Below are positions 24,241 through 38,021 of a stretch of 64,000 bases of DNA, one piece after another. Numbering within the stretch: the first letter of the stretch is position 1; the number at the start of each line of letters is the position of its first letter. The notes under the pieces are model-generated. The model saw only the letters and a program-made list of their open reading frames with translations. It did no database searches and was not told the origin of the DNA. Made by a program: the position numbers and the translations under genes. This stretch comes from Spongospora subterranea f. sp. subterranea (Eukaryota), in assembly GCA_049724395.1 (NCBI GenBank), contig JAUGWO010000078.1:1-64000 (forward strand), written 5' to 3'.

Positions 24241-25429
24241 ATGTTCATCACAGAATTCCAAGTGCTGAACGACCCAGAAATATATCGATTTTTTCCGAAC
24301 ATTCGAAATGTCGTCAGGTGTAGGTTGCGCAGCCCGTCAGCTGTCAGTGCCGGAGGACAAGTTTTAGGGCCGGGTGTGTCTGTGTACGACAGTTTCCAGC
24401 GTACGCTTGAGCCGTTGATGTGCTTCATCAGTCAGGCCTTTCCGAAATCGATTCTCGGACATATATGCGCTGGGCATTCAATATCACCTGCCTAGGGTCG
24501 ATTTCGGTTGCCGCATGGTTCTTCTATCTGATGCTTTTCGAACCGTGTCGTCCGTCTAACGCCGTTTCGATTCCATTTTATTTACTTTTGTTTCTCACCG
24601 CGTACAGTCTGCATTTAGTTTCCTTCGTTCGCACAGCATTGACGGATCCAGGTATACATTTCCCTGACCATGGCACACAGTACACTCATCTCAATTACTA
24701 GGGAAATTACCTGGTGAGGCTGTGTTTTCCCCATCAATAGAAAACACATGTGAAAGGAAACGTGATGGCAGTTTTCGCTATTGCCGAAAATGTTCATTGT
24801 TCAAACCTGATCGAGCTCACCATTGTCAGTCATGTGGCAGATGCACTCTTCGCCTTGATCAGTCAGTTTCCTCGCAAAGTCGTATGTTTTGCGGCTAATC
24901 CGAGACGTAGCTGCTGCGTCTTTATTGGAAACTGTATAGGGCAGTCGAATCATAAGTTCTTTCTTCTTTTGCTTTTTTGGACTTCTGCATCAGGAGCCAT
25001 AATGGGAAATGCTATTTGGCAAATCCACGGGTTTTATCTGTCTCCCGAGCGCTCATCGTTTCTTGATTTGATTGTTCATGGTCGTCAGCACATTGGCGTA
25101 TCGTTTATATTAGCTATCGTAATTTGTCTATCCCTATTGATCTTCTTTGTATTTCATATCGGAATCGCATGTTTTAATATAACGACAATTGAGCTCAATG
25201 AAAAACGGGGAATATGGCCTCGATCAAGCGTAAGTTGTAGATTTTCAATTTCATCGATGTGTTTTCAACATGCAACTCTCAGTATAGGAACCAATTTAAC
25301 GTTGGACTCATAAGAAATCTTTCCTCCTTACTGGGTAGGCGCCCTTTGTTATGGCTGATACCGGTTGTTGATCGATCTGCTGGAAGCGGGATTTTGTGGG
25401 AAACAAGCACAAGCGATAAAACACAATAG
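24241..25429 (+). CDS. DHHC-family palmitoyl acyltransferase (signature reads DHCC), multi-exon; 5' end uncertain
   Basis: TDPG after TM2, spliced Cys-rich domain YCRKCSLFKPDRAHHCQSCGRCTLRLDHCCVFIGNCIGQSNHKFF, NITTIE motif and NQFNVGLIRNL tail. Confidence 0.9.
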
Positions 25430-25904
25430 TAATGTTGAGAAAGACGATTTATAAAGTAAGAGAGTGGATTAAATGAGACAAATTGATACCTAGCACGCCA
25501 TAGCTCACAACGTGTTCGGGTCAAACTTCCTTCTCATCCGTTGAATCTCAAAACTGGATACATTTGTGCCAGCTCAGGCACAACCACCATCCATAACCAT
25601 TCTGGGTAGCGCTCACGATATCATCGAATTCCAACTTCAGCGTAATCAATTTCGTGGCGCTTGTGTACACAATTGCATTCACACACCGAAGAGCTGGGTG
25701 AAAACCTGCAGCTGAAGGCAGAGTGTACCTGTGGTTGAGGACAGTCGCCACTTCGTCTCGTGACTTTCGTCCTCAAACTCCGATGACGCATCGGGTAGAT
25801 TCCGGTAGATCCATCAAACTTCCACATGCTACCTCCGCGTACGGTAGACTTTGCATATTCATCCAACACGGGCATATTGCCATTTTCAACGGCGTTTCGG
25901 CAAC

Positions 25905-26943
25905 ATGCTATCAGCCGCGGGCGATTGGCTGTCTCTGCATGATCAAACAGAAGCCAAGGTGGAAATTTGTTCGCGAACCATTTTCAATTCGCTGACTAAT
26001 TACAGATCGTAGAACTCAATAATTTACAAGGTAGCCGAGATCAAAATCCGCGCATCAAGCGCGACATCAGAAATGCGAGTTCGTAAAGCTGTATTGTCAA
26101 ATTCTCCATTACTTTTTTCATGATTTCGAGTTCTTTATTTTGCATGTATAAATTTTACACGCATTCGTCATTAACCCGGCGTTGGGGTTCAATTTTTAGT
26201 ATACACTCGACACGGTTCTGACTTTGCATTATAGTTTCCATTATATCGGCCAATATCAAAACTCTTGACGAATCCCTTGGCAAAGTTGCGATTGACCCGT
26301 CGTCTATGTATGGTTATGTTCCAGTTTCAGCATCTAGTAAATATTTATTCTCCAGGGGTGATCAAGAATTTCAGCGTAGGCAGGGCATGTTAGCTATGCT
26401 CAAAGAACGTTGCGCGTTCACACAATCGAAGCAAAAACAAACCAGCAACCCTTCCGTAGCAGTCCCAATAGAAACTCCTCGAACGTTGCTACTCAATAAT
26501 TCTCAAATGATCCAGTAAAACAGTAAACTGTTTTGCAAGTCGTCATCTGATTTTTTCATAGGAACCAGCAAGCTGATATGAATCTGCATGAAGAAAAGTT
26601 GGACGATATCCTTCATGGTGTCGGACGGCTAAAAAATATGGGGGAGAACATTAATTCAGAGTTGCTGCTTCATTCAGAACTTTTAAGCGATTTGGATCGG
26701 TAAAATAATAGTGGATTTGTCTCAGTATACTTATTGCTATACTCAGAGGAATTGACGATACTCACAAAAACATTGTTCAAGGAACCAATCGAGCATCAAA
26801 TCTGATGAGAAAGGATTCCAGCTGTATGGGAATGTTTGTCATTTTTGTCTTGCTCTTAATTATTGTCGTGTAAGTTTGACAACGACTTTTGTATGCATAT
26901 TTTCCACTAATGGTTTGGGTGTGTCAGCCTTCTGATCATGTAA
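25905..26943 (+). CDS. Qc-SNARE (syntaxin-8/SYP5-like), multi-exon
   Basis: SNARE motif HEEKLDDILHGVGRLKNMGENINSELLLHSELLSDLD, then a C-terminal TM (MFVIFVLLLIIVVLLIM); N-terminus MLSAAGDWL. Confidence 0.8.
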
Positions 26944-27082
26944 ACCCTGCTCCTCTACCTAATAAATACATTACATCTTACGGTTAATGGTAAATAATTA
27001 CTGTAGTTTGGAGTAGGCAGATTTACGTTCAAAGAATAAACGTCATTGTCGCTATCAAGCGATGATCTATCTAGCGACAGTG

Positions 27083-27609
27083 CGGGGCTCTTGACGAAAC
27101 GGTTCATTAGACAACGTCATTCGCCAGCCTTGCAAAATGTTATTGCAACATCGAAGCAAAGGTGGTTTTTTGGATTTTCAAAGGCAACATCAATTTCTCC
27201 TGAAGCGGCAACCACTGCAAGCACGAATCGTTCAAGTGGTATGATTTGGATCGACAGAATCCACGTGTCGCATCGATCACCAGTCGATGTACAATCCGAT
27301 TGGTGCCACGCTTTTAATGTATGCCTTTGAAATTCTAATAAACCAGCTTTTGCTTCGGTGCTGCAACAGCACGCGTGGCATCAATCGGTTTGTACATCGA
27401 CTGGTGATCGATGCGACACGTGGATTCTATCAATCCAATTCATACCACGTGAACGATTCGTGCTTGGTTGTCGCCCTAGGGAAATTCATATTGCCTTTGA
27501 AAATCCAATAAACCAGCTTTGCTTCGATGCTGCAACAACATTGTGTTCTCCGTTGCAAGGCTGGGCGAAGAAAGACGTTGTCCAATGGACCGATTCGTCA
27601 AGACCCCCG
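27083..27609. repeat. Long imperfect inverted repeat (arms ~229 and ~237 bp, ~60-nt loop)
   Basis: 27083-27311 pairs with 27373-27609, including a perfect 39-bp core AGAATCCACGTGTCGCATCGATCACCAGTCGATGTACAA. Confidence 0.9.
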
Positions 27610-27770
27610 AACAGGGACCCCACATCAACGAGGACGTCGTTTATTTTTTGACTTCGTACAGTACACCGTTCATTTGTTTCAAAAACTGCGTGAGTTCGTG
27701 GTGAGTTCGTATGTACTGTAACGAACTAAAATCCATAATTGCAAAATACTTTACCAACATAATAACCGTG

Positions 27771-28731
27771 ATGACTATACTCCGGTTAAGATGCAAGACG
27801 CCTTCAGGGTCCAACATTGTTATCGCAATCGATGATGAACAGACTATTGCAGACTTATACAACACGGTTCGCAGTTCTGCTGGCGTGAATTCGGAGTTTC
27901 AACTTTCTCTCGGTGCCCATCCGAAAAATGGATCACCATTGGGAGACCCGCACAACACACAATTGCGTTTTTGCGCGAATCCTAAAATCCAAACTGCCGA
28001 TACTCTGACGATATCTCTGATGCCTACAGAAGATTATATGGAAATATTTCAGATTCCGGACGATAACAGCTGTACTGTATTTGAGTATTTTCGTGCGCCA
28101 TTTCTATTATGACCAAAATGTTTAGGTCTTTTCAATGCCATACGGTTCGGTTGTATCATTGGTTTTGTTTGATGTGTTTATGATGCATATATAATTCAGA
28201 CATGCGCTAAGCTCGACTAGATCTCAAGACACTCTTGATGATCCGGCGATGATGCGCTCGGTTGTGGCCGCTATGATTAGCTCCGATTCAGAACGATTCT
28301 CTCCAGCACTATTGGGAAAACCCGTTGTTGAATATTGCAATTGGATTATGAATACCGATAGCTGGGGCGGCGAAATCGAACTCGCAATATTAAGTGAATA
28401 TTATCAAATTCAACTCAAAGTCATAGATATTAGGACGCAACAGATTCTCTCTTACTTCAACTCTGTCGAAATCGCGTACCTTCTTTATGATGGAATTCAC
28501 TATAATATTTTACAGCGTAAAAGCGGTCGATGCGTTTTTTCTGTCGATGATGCTTTTGCTCTTACGCAAGCGAAAAATATAGCTTTGCAAGCTCTTCAAG
28601 ACCGGAAATTTACTGATGTCAACGCGTTTCAGTTGCGATGTGAAGTTTGCAAGTGTGGTTTGACTGGCCAAGCGGAAGCTGTGCAGCACATGAAAGTTTC
28701 GGGGCATACCCAATTCGCCGAATATAAATGA
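27771..28731 (+). CDS. OTU1: Ubiquitin thioesterase OTU1/YOD1 (UBX-like domain, OTU, C2H2 finger)
   Basis: LRLRCKTPSG N-terminus, spliced IPDDNSCLF, WGGEIELAILS, YDGIHY and CEVC...GQAEAVQHMKVSGHTQFAEY. Confidence 0.93.
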
Positions 28732-29068
28732 TGGACAAGTTTATCCGCCCCATTGTGTATACAGTTTCTTAACGTGGCATGTTGTTTGGTGAGGTGTCTG
28801 CCCTCGTCTGATTATAGCTCCACCCGTTGCCAGTTTGATAAGGGTCATGTTCCGCTCACATCTATGTTTAGCTTCAAGTTCACAAGTGACATCAAACTGG
28901 CCCAAGCGATTGCTTGTTGTTTACAAGTCCATTTTCCGTGAATCCGGTTCTGGTTTATTGCATGGCCATGTTCCTATGGTAACCGAAATAGGCTGCGCTT
29001 GGGGCGCCGCCATAGTCAGGGTAATACACCCTTCGCTATGCTTTCTGCTTTCCTGATCGTCATTCGAG

Positions 29069-32000
29069 ATGATATGGATTGCATTTTTCTCGATTGTGAT
29101 TTGCTGCGTCAAAGCAGCACAAACCACTGATACAAATAGTATCCTCCTAGAAATTTCATCGTCTTGGCAGCCGATAACCAGTGGAAATGGTTATAATATT
29201 TCGCTTGTCTGCAGTGCAATATGCAACAGGTAATTCGCAAATGGAGAATTTGATGCAACTGCTATGTGTTTACTGCCGAAAACCTTTAAATAGACTATGA
29301 CCTTTGTTTGTTCCTTTGTGTTATACGCTCCATATCTAAGGTGTTGGTTGTTTTCCTTTAGTGCTGCGTATCATGTGAACGTATCCTTAGCCGATTCTAC
29401 TTTGAGTTGGTTTGATTTAACGTCAGTGTCGGTTCCATACACAGGCGCAACAGCGCTGCTTGGCAATCTCTCACAGTCTTCCACTGTCATGTTTATTGGT
29501 CGTGTGAAAACCCCTGTAATCCAAGGAGATCAAAAAGTTGCACATGCTTATGCCAATTGGACCACTGCGTCCCGAAGCAATTCCTTTTCAACTAAGCTTG
29601 TTTCGACACCCATTTATTTCAGCAGAGGAACCAATCTTCCTCCCGGCATCACGGTGATCAGGTCCACTATCACCGAAGAAAACCAACCAGTGTCTCTTTT
29701 TGAGCGAATCACGATTGCTGATGACGACTTCACCAACGAATCAGATAATGGGGTAATGACAGTAACGGTGTCGACAACGAATGACGATAGAATCTCCCTA
29801 GACTTGTCTCGAAGCGTATTTTTTGGGGCAAATATTCTAATTGACACGCCTATGAAAATTGTTTTTAGCTGCCCTCTAAATTGCGCCAATTTGACACTTC
29901 AGGAAATCGTATTCACCCCAACAAGCGATTGGACAGGTTTAACTGTCCTGAATGTCACTGTGAGCGATAACGGTAATGGGGGAGTTGGATTATGTGGCTT
30001 AACAACAATGCTGGTAAACATCTCAGTAATTGCAGTAAATCAACACCCTAGGTTGGTATGCCGAATTTTTGCGAATTTCTTTAACCTTGCGGTTGCAGGA
30101 TAACCCTCAGCGCAGCAGCTTTTACCGTCCATGAAGATTCATCGCTATTATTAAGCAATTTCACGTATACTGATCCAGATGCGGCCGCTTTGGATAACGT
30201 GACGATGCTTGCGTCTGCTCTGTATGGAACATTTTCATTCTTTACACCGGTCGCCCGTAAATTTCAGCCTACAAGCGCATTCAATGATCGCATGGGGCCC
30301 TCATTCATTGATGCACACCACTGTGTTCCAATCCTTTTTCTATATTCCTCCATTACATTGGAGTACTCCAGACGACGGCTTCGATATGATTTCCTTTACG
30401 ATCACAGATGGTCATGGCGCGTCTAGCTCCAAATTTGCCACTCTCAACATCATATCGGCAACCTATATGCCTTCTGTGGATTTGATATCGAAATATACGA
30501 CAGCGGAGGACACACCATTGAACATCTATTTTTCTGTTCATGATGCAGAAATAGATAAAGGTCGTGGGCAGGAATTTTTTATTGAAACCAAAGTGATTTA
30601 TGGTGGACTTTCCCTTGCTCCTGGTCTGCCCGGGCTTTCCATAATTGTAAATACCAATTCGTGGCTGCAATTCTATGGTGATACTGTTGCCACTAATCAG
30701 GCTTTAAACCCAGTCATTTACACTCCGTTTCTGGACTGGAGCGGTATAGACCAGCTCACAATTTCAGTGCGGAACCACTTGGATTTATGGGCGAACTATA
30801 CGATTTCTCTATCAACGTGACTGCAGTTAACGATGCTCCACAAATAACTATCTCTCCAGCTGGCCCTCTCAATGCTGTCGAACACACACCAGTGGAATTC
30901 AGCATTTCTGTCGTCGATGTCGATAGCGCCAACGTCACGGTCCAGCTGTATTCAATAGATGGAACATTTTCTGTTAAAAATCCGAACAGCGCTTCAGTCT
31001 CACAAGGAGGTCTTGTTGTTTCTGGCCGCCAAGACTTAATCTCTGCCGTACTCTCCAATGTTACATTTACATCACACCTTTACAGATATGGGTTAGATTG
31101 CTCAGCTCGCGTCAATGCATCTGATACAAACAAAGCGGAATCGTTGATGTATCTACCAATTTACGTCGCCAAGAAGAATAATGCGCCCATTTTGACCGTT
31201 CCAGCGTTGTTGTTTTCCTCAGAAGACAAAAACCTTACGATTTCTTCGATGTCCGTTTTTGATGGGGACGATGATGATCTTCAACTGTCGCTGCTGGTAT
31301 CTTGAAGCACCATTCTAAGTTTTCTTTTATTTGACATATATTTTCCAAAGGCATCAAAAGGGTCATTAACATTGAAGACTCGCGCTGGATTGACATTTCT
31401 TGTGGGCGACGGTTTAAAGGATCCAGAAATTATTATCAAAGGAGAGCAGGCAAGCAGATCAATGGTGTTCCCGACTGTTCTCTAACAAACAGGATCACAT
31501 AGTCGACGTTGAACGCGGCGTTACACGGAATGGTTTTCATTCCACCACCTTATTTTTACGGAAATGTCACAATATCTTTGTTGACCAACGATACGTTTTT
31601 ATCATCAGGACGAAGCAACTGTACAGTAATCGTCGCTGCGTCAGATAATGGACCAGATCTGATCTGCCGGAGCTTCACCGTCAACGAATCAACCTTCACC
31701 AAAATTGGCAGTGTCGTTATCTCAGATTTCGTTGAAGTGAATCAAATTATGACAATGACCGCGAAGACTTCAAGAGGAATATTGAAAACGTCAACGTCAG
31801 TGTCTCAGGTGACCTCGCCGTTCGATGTATTCTCTTTTCATTCATATCCTCCATCAGGTGTCGGTCTTAGGCAATGGGACTGAGGCATTGGTACTTCATG
31901 GGCCTTTTTCGCAAATCAACGCTGCCTTGGATAGTATTGTACAATATCGGTAGTCAGACAGATGGTGTATAGTGCTAACATTTGACAAGCATCTTTCAGT

Positions 32001-35000
32001 GGGGATACGACATACAACGCTCTCTGCTGTGGCCTTACAAGCATTACTTTTAATGCATCGTATGGGAACACATCAGCAATTTGCACTTCCGATGTCGTCG
32101 TGCTACCCGTCGATGATCCTCCTGTTCTTTCTGTTTGGTGACCCTTACCAAGCCTCTTTATGTTTACAATCTAAACCTTCCCTAGTACGATACTACCTGC
32201 TGTACTGTCGACACCGGCATCATTAGGACACTGCATCAATATGTCCGATCCAGGTTTATTCCTTATCGCTTATCAGAATTCTAGGCTAACATCCTCATTT
32301 AGATGTCGGTGAGTCAGACTCTTCTCGGCATTCTCTACAATTGAGTGCTGTGGATGGCGTTTTTATCATTGACATGCCCTTAGTAGTTAAAAACGGTTTA
32401 CGAATCGAAAAGTAAGATGCACCTACACCTGTGAAGCAAGACATGGTCTAACAATGTCTAAATAGCTCAACAGATCACCAAATACGAATCAGTGGCTTGC
32501 TAACTAGGCTAGAAACTGCTGTAGACCAGAATGCTATTTTATACAATGGAACAGCAGGGAAGGCACATGCGGATTCAATCAGCATTATTTTGTCAGGTAA
32601 ATTCAGTCTTATCCGAGGGACTTCTCATAATTTATTCGTCATGTAGATCTAGCCTCGGGAAACTTAGTCGCTACGACCCTGCCGGTAACTCAAATGTCAA
32701 ATCCACCATTGGTTACTCTTCCAAGTGGTTACAATGTATCGTCATTAGAAGACACAATTCTACCGATTACCATGACCGTGCACGATGTGGACACTGCTTT
32801 TGCATCAGTTATCTTCAATGTGTCGTCGTCTTCGTCTCAATCAACACTTTCATTAGTCTCTGGAAGTGGAGTGTCAATAATCTCCCATAGCTCGACCAAC
32901 AATTTGGTTTTGGCTATTCCCGTGACTTATATTCCGAGTGATATAGTGATTGGTGATAGATCAAATATGCTTTGTTTTATTACGGTTTTCATTCTCCAAC
33001 AGGATTCTGCCCCGCATTGAATTGGAATAGTGCACTTCAGCCTCCTTCAGTCGTTTCCTTTGCGGTTGAAGGCACTGAACACGCTCGCGTTGTAATTTCC
33101 GTAGTTGCAGTTAACGATGCACCTTTGGTAACCGTTCCAGCTGATTTATCTGTCAATGAAGACGCCGATATTTCTCTGTGAGACTTGTCCTCAATTCTGT
33201 TATCCGATTTTGCTCAATCGGGCTTAGAGACATTTCAATTTCTGATGTGGATTACCTTGAATCTGTCGGAGCGTCCATTTACGTCTCGTTATTCACATCG
33301 CCGAGAACTGGTTAGAGCCTAAAATTCCAATAGAAATTCATCCGACTTTGACGGTTACATAGGGACGTTTCTGTCTTTGCAAAGCTACTTTGGTGTGCAT
33401 GTACGCGTACTGGAAGCCTCCCGCGTAGATTTCAATGGTTCGTTGAGCAGCGTCAATGATGTCTTACAAGATGTACTGTTTCACCCATTTGTATCTCCGT
33501 TCATGCAACATTTTGAATAAATGTTCGTCAGGTGACTGCCAGGTTTACTTCTTTTCTTCGGAAACGCGACTCTTTTCGTCTGTGTTTCCGACATGGGCAA
33601 TACTGGATTGGGCGGGGTTCAATGGTAGGTATTGGCAAATCAAACTGTGCTGCAAGTAATTGTTTTTGCAGGCAGAATGTTTCAACAACAGTGGTCGTCG
33701 CTCATGTAAATCATCCGCCGGTCATTGACCTAGTTGGGTCGACCCTTCCCGTGATTTTACAAGAAGACGCAACCAGGATTTTAAACTTCACTCTGACTGA
33801 TGCTGATAATAAAACTGAAGTTATATTTTTGGCATCGATTGATGGCGGCACTTATCTGTCAGGTAAGCAACAATAATCACTGACAAAAGACGCTTGTAAA
33901 CCTTTTTCCGGTTACCACAGGTTTGATAGATGGCTATTCTTCTGTCGTTGGAAATTTCACATCTGTGGCCGACGCTTTGACACGAGTTTCAATAACACCA
34001 AACCTCAATTGGAATGGAGTTAAAGCTGCTTTTACCATCAACATTTCAGTATGGCTATAGCTCCTCAATTGGAAATTATTCCTGTTGAAACCTATTCGTA
34101 GGATGAGTGAATCTATTGAGCTACTGAACTTCCCATGCGTTGTCACCCCAGTTGAAGATCCACCAGTCGTATCCCTCAACTGCAGCAATATCCACACGGT
34201 ATTAGAAGACACAGGGCGTGTCCTGCTCCCATACGATATAATTTCAGGTATCATTCGTGATCAGTCAACTTCCAAGCAAAATCTCACATTTACTTGTAGG
34301 GATTACTGATGGTGATTACGAACCTGATGACGAGAGTCAACTTTTTCGATTATCGCTTTCGGTTGGTAATGGTAGTTAATGTTGCGATTTCCCTTCACTC
34401 CATCTGTTCAATGCTACTTTGCCAATATTTTCAGGAACAATGAAAGTGTTGAGGCATGCGAATTCGTATTTTTATTCGCCATTGGATTTCCTCTTGCAGG
34501 TCAAATCGTTGCAGTATCTGATTCTTGAGTATGATCCCAATCCCAACTTCAATGGCCCTGACACGCTGTCTGTTCAATTAAACGATACAACTGGGACATC
34601 GCTGTCGCTCGCTAATTGCTCCATAAACGTTGTTGCCGTCAACGATCCCATTCTTATTCTGCTGCCCTCTGATGTTGTTTCGGTGTTGGAGGACGTGCCG
34701 ACAGCGATCTTTCCCAACGTCAACATTTCCCGTGCTCCTTACGAGGATGCATCAACTATTCTATCATGTACAGTTACTGCCGTTCATGGGCACATATCAG
34801 GATCCATAGGTAATATGCTTGGCATAAGTCCAAGAACGTAATTGATTTTTTCGCAGCTCCTACTGCGTCAACGTCCACCCTTCAAATGGCGATACGTAAT
34901 TTGGTTTATACTCCTGAGCAGGACTCAGACGAAGATGATTATGTGGAAATAGGTCTGAGGGAGTTTTGAATTGCAGAACGAGCGAACTAACATGTGTGTG

Positions 35001-37471
35001 GTCGTAATCAGCGATTAGTTATGCAAATGGTGCTGTCCGCAGCGATCAAAGGATCAAGATTATTATCAACGCCGTCAATGATTCGCCTACAGTATCTGTT
35101 CCATACGCTTCAGCGACGGTCAAACAGGATAATCCGCTCGTAATCAAGGGAATTCAACTGCATGACGTCGATTCCGAGGAAATTCTTCCGACGTTAAACA
35201 TATCAGCGTTACATGGTAGTTTCACACTTAACGGTACGGGGGGGTTACGATTTTTCGAGGCAACCGGTGGTCTGTCCGCTTCTGGCTCCTTGAATGCACT
35301 GCAACTGAGCGTTAGCCGTTTGATTTACGCCCCAGTCAAATTCTGGTTCGGAATCGATATCATAACGATCTCGTTAACGGATCAATCCAGCACAGCAACT
35401 TCCACAATAACAATCACAGTCCAGGATGTTTTAGATCCAGTAACCATCTCCCCAGCTAATTCGGAATATTCTGTCTCTCAAGGCAGTTCGGTTGCAATCG
35501 GAGATATGAGGCTTTTTGATATTGACTCTAGCGTCACCAATGTATGGGCATATTCCTAATCTAGGCAATGCTTTGCTCTAACGGTCGTGTTTGGCTGTAG
35601 TGCATCATCACGGCAGCTAGTGGTACAATTACTCCCAATTCCAATTATACTTGGTTAACTGGAGCTCCGTTTAATGGAACGTTCGCTACCAACTCGACTG
35701 CTTTAAGCTCATTTCTTCTGCTGAGCAACGCATTTACCTATTCGCCATCAAAGTCGTTTTCCGGGAAAGGTGAGACGTTTTCTCTGTATTTTTTCTAATT
35801 TAATTTGTTTTTTCCATAGACACTGTACTTTTAACTGTGTCAAGTCCACTTGGCGAAACTACTTTGAAAATCGCTGTTAGAGGTAGTAGCAGTTTCAACA
35901 CATTGAAAATCGGTTCTAATTGTGTACTGTGCAGTAACTGTAACCAATGTGGCGCCATCCCTTACGATGTCTACGAATCAGTTTTCATTAATCGCTGGGA
36001 CAACAGTCAATATCACTGGAGTAGGGTGCACTGACCCTGATATTGGAGGCAACCCTTTCACAATCGCCATTCATCCAACAATGGGTACGACTTCGTTTAC
36101 ATCGGGAGGTTATGCCAATCCGCCAGATGGATTACCATTCCAGATCCCTCCGCTGTCGATCCAGGTCAACGACATTGCATTCATTGCTTCGCTAAACTCA
36201 ACCCTGTATTTCCCAGAAATTCTGGAACGCTTTTGAATTTCATGTTCCGTATGACTTTTCGGCTGGACCGGTTAACATTACGATATCTGTCTGGGATGAA
36301 GTTATCATTTCGCCAATAACCGCGAATATAACGGTCCATATTTCAGCCAGTAACACCACGTTGGTTTCTATTGTGACAATCACCGTCCCAGATATTGTTC
36401 TGGTTGATGAAGACACTCAAACTGCTGTCATTACTCCTCTGTTGATCAATAACTGCAATGACGCCACTACCGGCAATGTATCGGTTACTGTCTCTGTAAG
36501 TATCTTCAATATCGAGATGAACAAATGAGGGTAACGGTCTGCTCATTTTAGAGCCGATATTCTGGGACCGTATTGGGCTCCATTCCCAACTCGTGCACTG
36601 CTTTATCATCTGAAAGCACATCTTCAGTTTGGCGTCTAAACGCATCGACGTGCAGTGCAGTATCCGACTGTCTGAATGGTGGATTAAAAGTGACGCCTCC
36701 GGCAAATCTCAACGGAGTTCGTGGTGACTTGATTGAAATTACGATTTATCGACAACAGGTTACCATAGTTCCTCGGCATCCTCTTCGCCGCTCATTGGTT
36801 TACAACATAGATTCTCATAGCGGAATCGTGGGTACATTTCAATATAACGGCACTTGTAATGATGCTCCATCTATCTCCTCTCCGTTAACCGGTCTTCTAG
36901 CGTCAACTTCCACTGTACAGTTGGGAGCAGGTAATCCGTATTGTTCGCGAACGCATTCCCAAAGGATTGATTGTGTGCAGGGTATTACGCTGGATGGCCA
37001 TTAGTCCAACCCATCATTGTCTCAGATATTGATGCCGATGAAACTTACGGATCTATGATGAAATTTCATTTATCCGTATCCAACGTGCGTAAACATACGT
37101 TTACACATGTTCAACGAAAGGTTTGATGAGTAACTTTTACAGGGCACTCTTTCGCTGCTTCATCGCATTGGATTGTCGTTCATCACTGGAAATGGTCTAA
37201 ATGATGCGGTCATTGAGTTTTATGCGACGAAGTCGTTGGGTTCGTGGCAAAACCATCAGGAAAAGCTCAACTGATTGATGAGTTGGTTTCAGGAAATTTG
37301 GCACTATCGAACACGAGTCTTGTTTATAACATTTACAATCGGCCGTCGTGCGCTCCTGGTACAGTAGTTTTGGATATACTGCGCGTCGTCATCGACGATC
37401 AAGGCAACACTGGATTAGGAGGGTCTTTTAACGACACAGCTTCTTCGGCCATCTTTGTCACATGTCTTTGA
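29069..37471 (+). CDS. Very large secreted protein with tandem cadherin/Ig-like repeats; many introns
   Basis: Signal peptide MIWIAFFSIVICCVKA. Repeated VxAVNDAP/VNHPP linkers followed by ED, YTP..DW/F.G.D and D.GN.G motifs recur through consecutive + strand exons. Full exon model not resolved. Confidence 0.8.
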
Positions 37472-37559
37472 AACAGAATGAGTATTGAATTTAATATTTA
37501 AAATCAAAATAATGCATGCACGTTTATAGAACCAGATTCCGCCACATTTTGCACGTTGG

Positions 37560-38021
37560 CTACGCATCAGCGCCAATTGGAAACTGTACTTCGACATGAA
37601 CAGGTTCCGGGTTTTGGTTCTGAGCCGTACAGTTTGTTGGAATTTTGATGTAGACTTCACGAGATGGTCCGACAACAGTGTGGCCTTTTTCTTTCAGCCA
37701 TTGTTGCATCTCAACGTAAGCCTCTGACACGTTGTGCATTGGTCCACGGAAGGTATTAACGGCCATGAGCTGTTCAGGTAAAACACGAACATGGAATCGA
37801 TCATGTTGGGGACATTGATCAACAGGAATACATATTTCAACCTCAATAGGTTCCAGTGAGTGTAAAAGCGTTAGACCGGGCCCTGTCTTGACAAGACCAC
37901 TTTGATCAGCGAATCCGTGCAGCTCACCCCAAAGCCGTCCTTGTTCCTTGAAATCGGAAATGCGCTCCCTCAACGACACCACTTTCAGTCGTGGCACTGT
38001 TCTAACCACAATCTGTTCCAT
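37560..38021 (-). CDS. Stand-alone GyrI-like (AraC/MerR effector-binding) small-molecule-binding protein, intronless
   Basis: 153 aa with FRGPMHNVSEAY...WLKEKGH...GPSREVY...VEVQFPI, the GyrI-like pattern. Confidence 0.85.
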   Translation of the reverse strand: MEQIVVRTVPRLKVVSLRERISDFKEQGRLWGELHGFADQSGLVKTGPGLTLLHSLEPIEVEICIPVDQCPQHDRFHVRVLPEQLMAVNTFRGPMHNVSEAYVEMQQWLKEKGHTVVGPSREVYIKIPTNCTAQNQNPEPVHVEVQFPIGADA

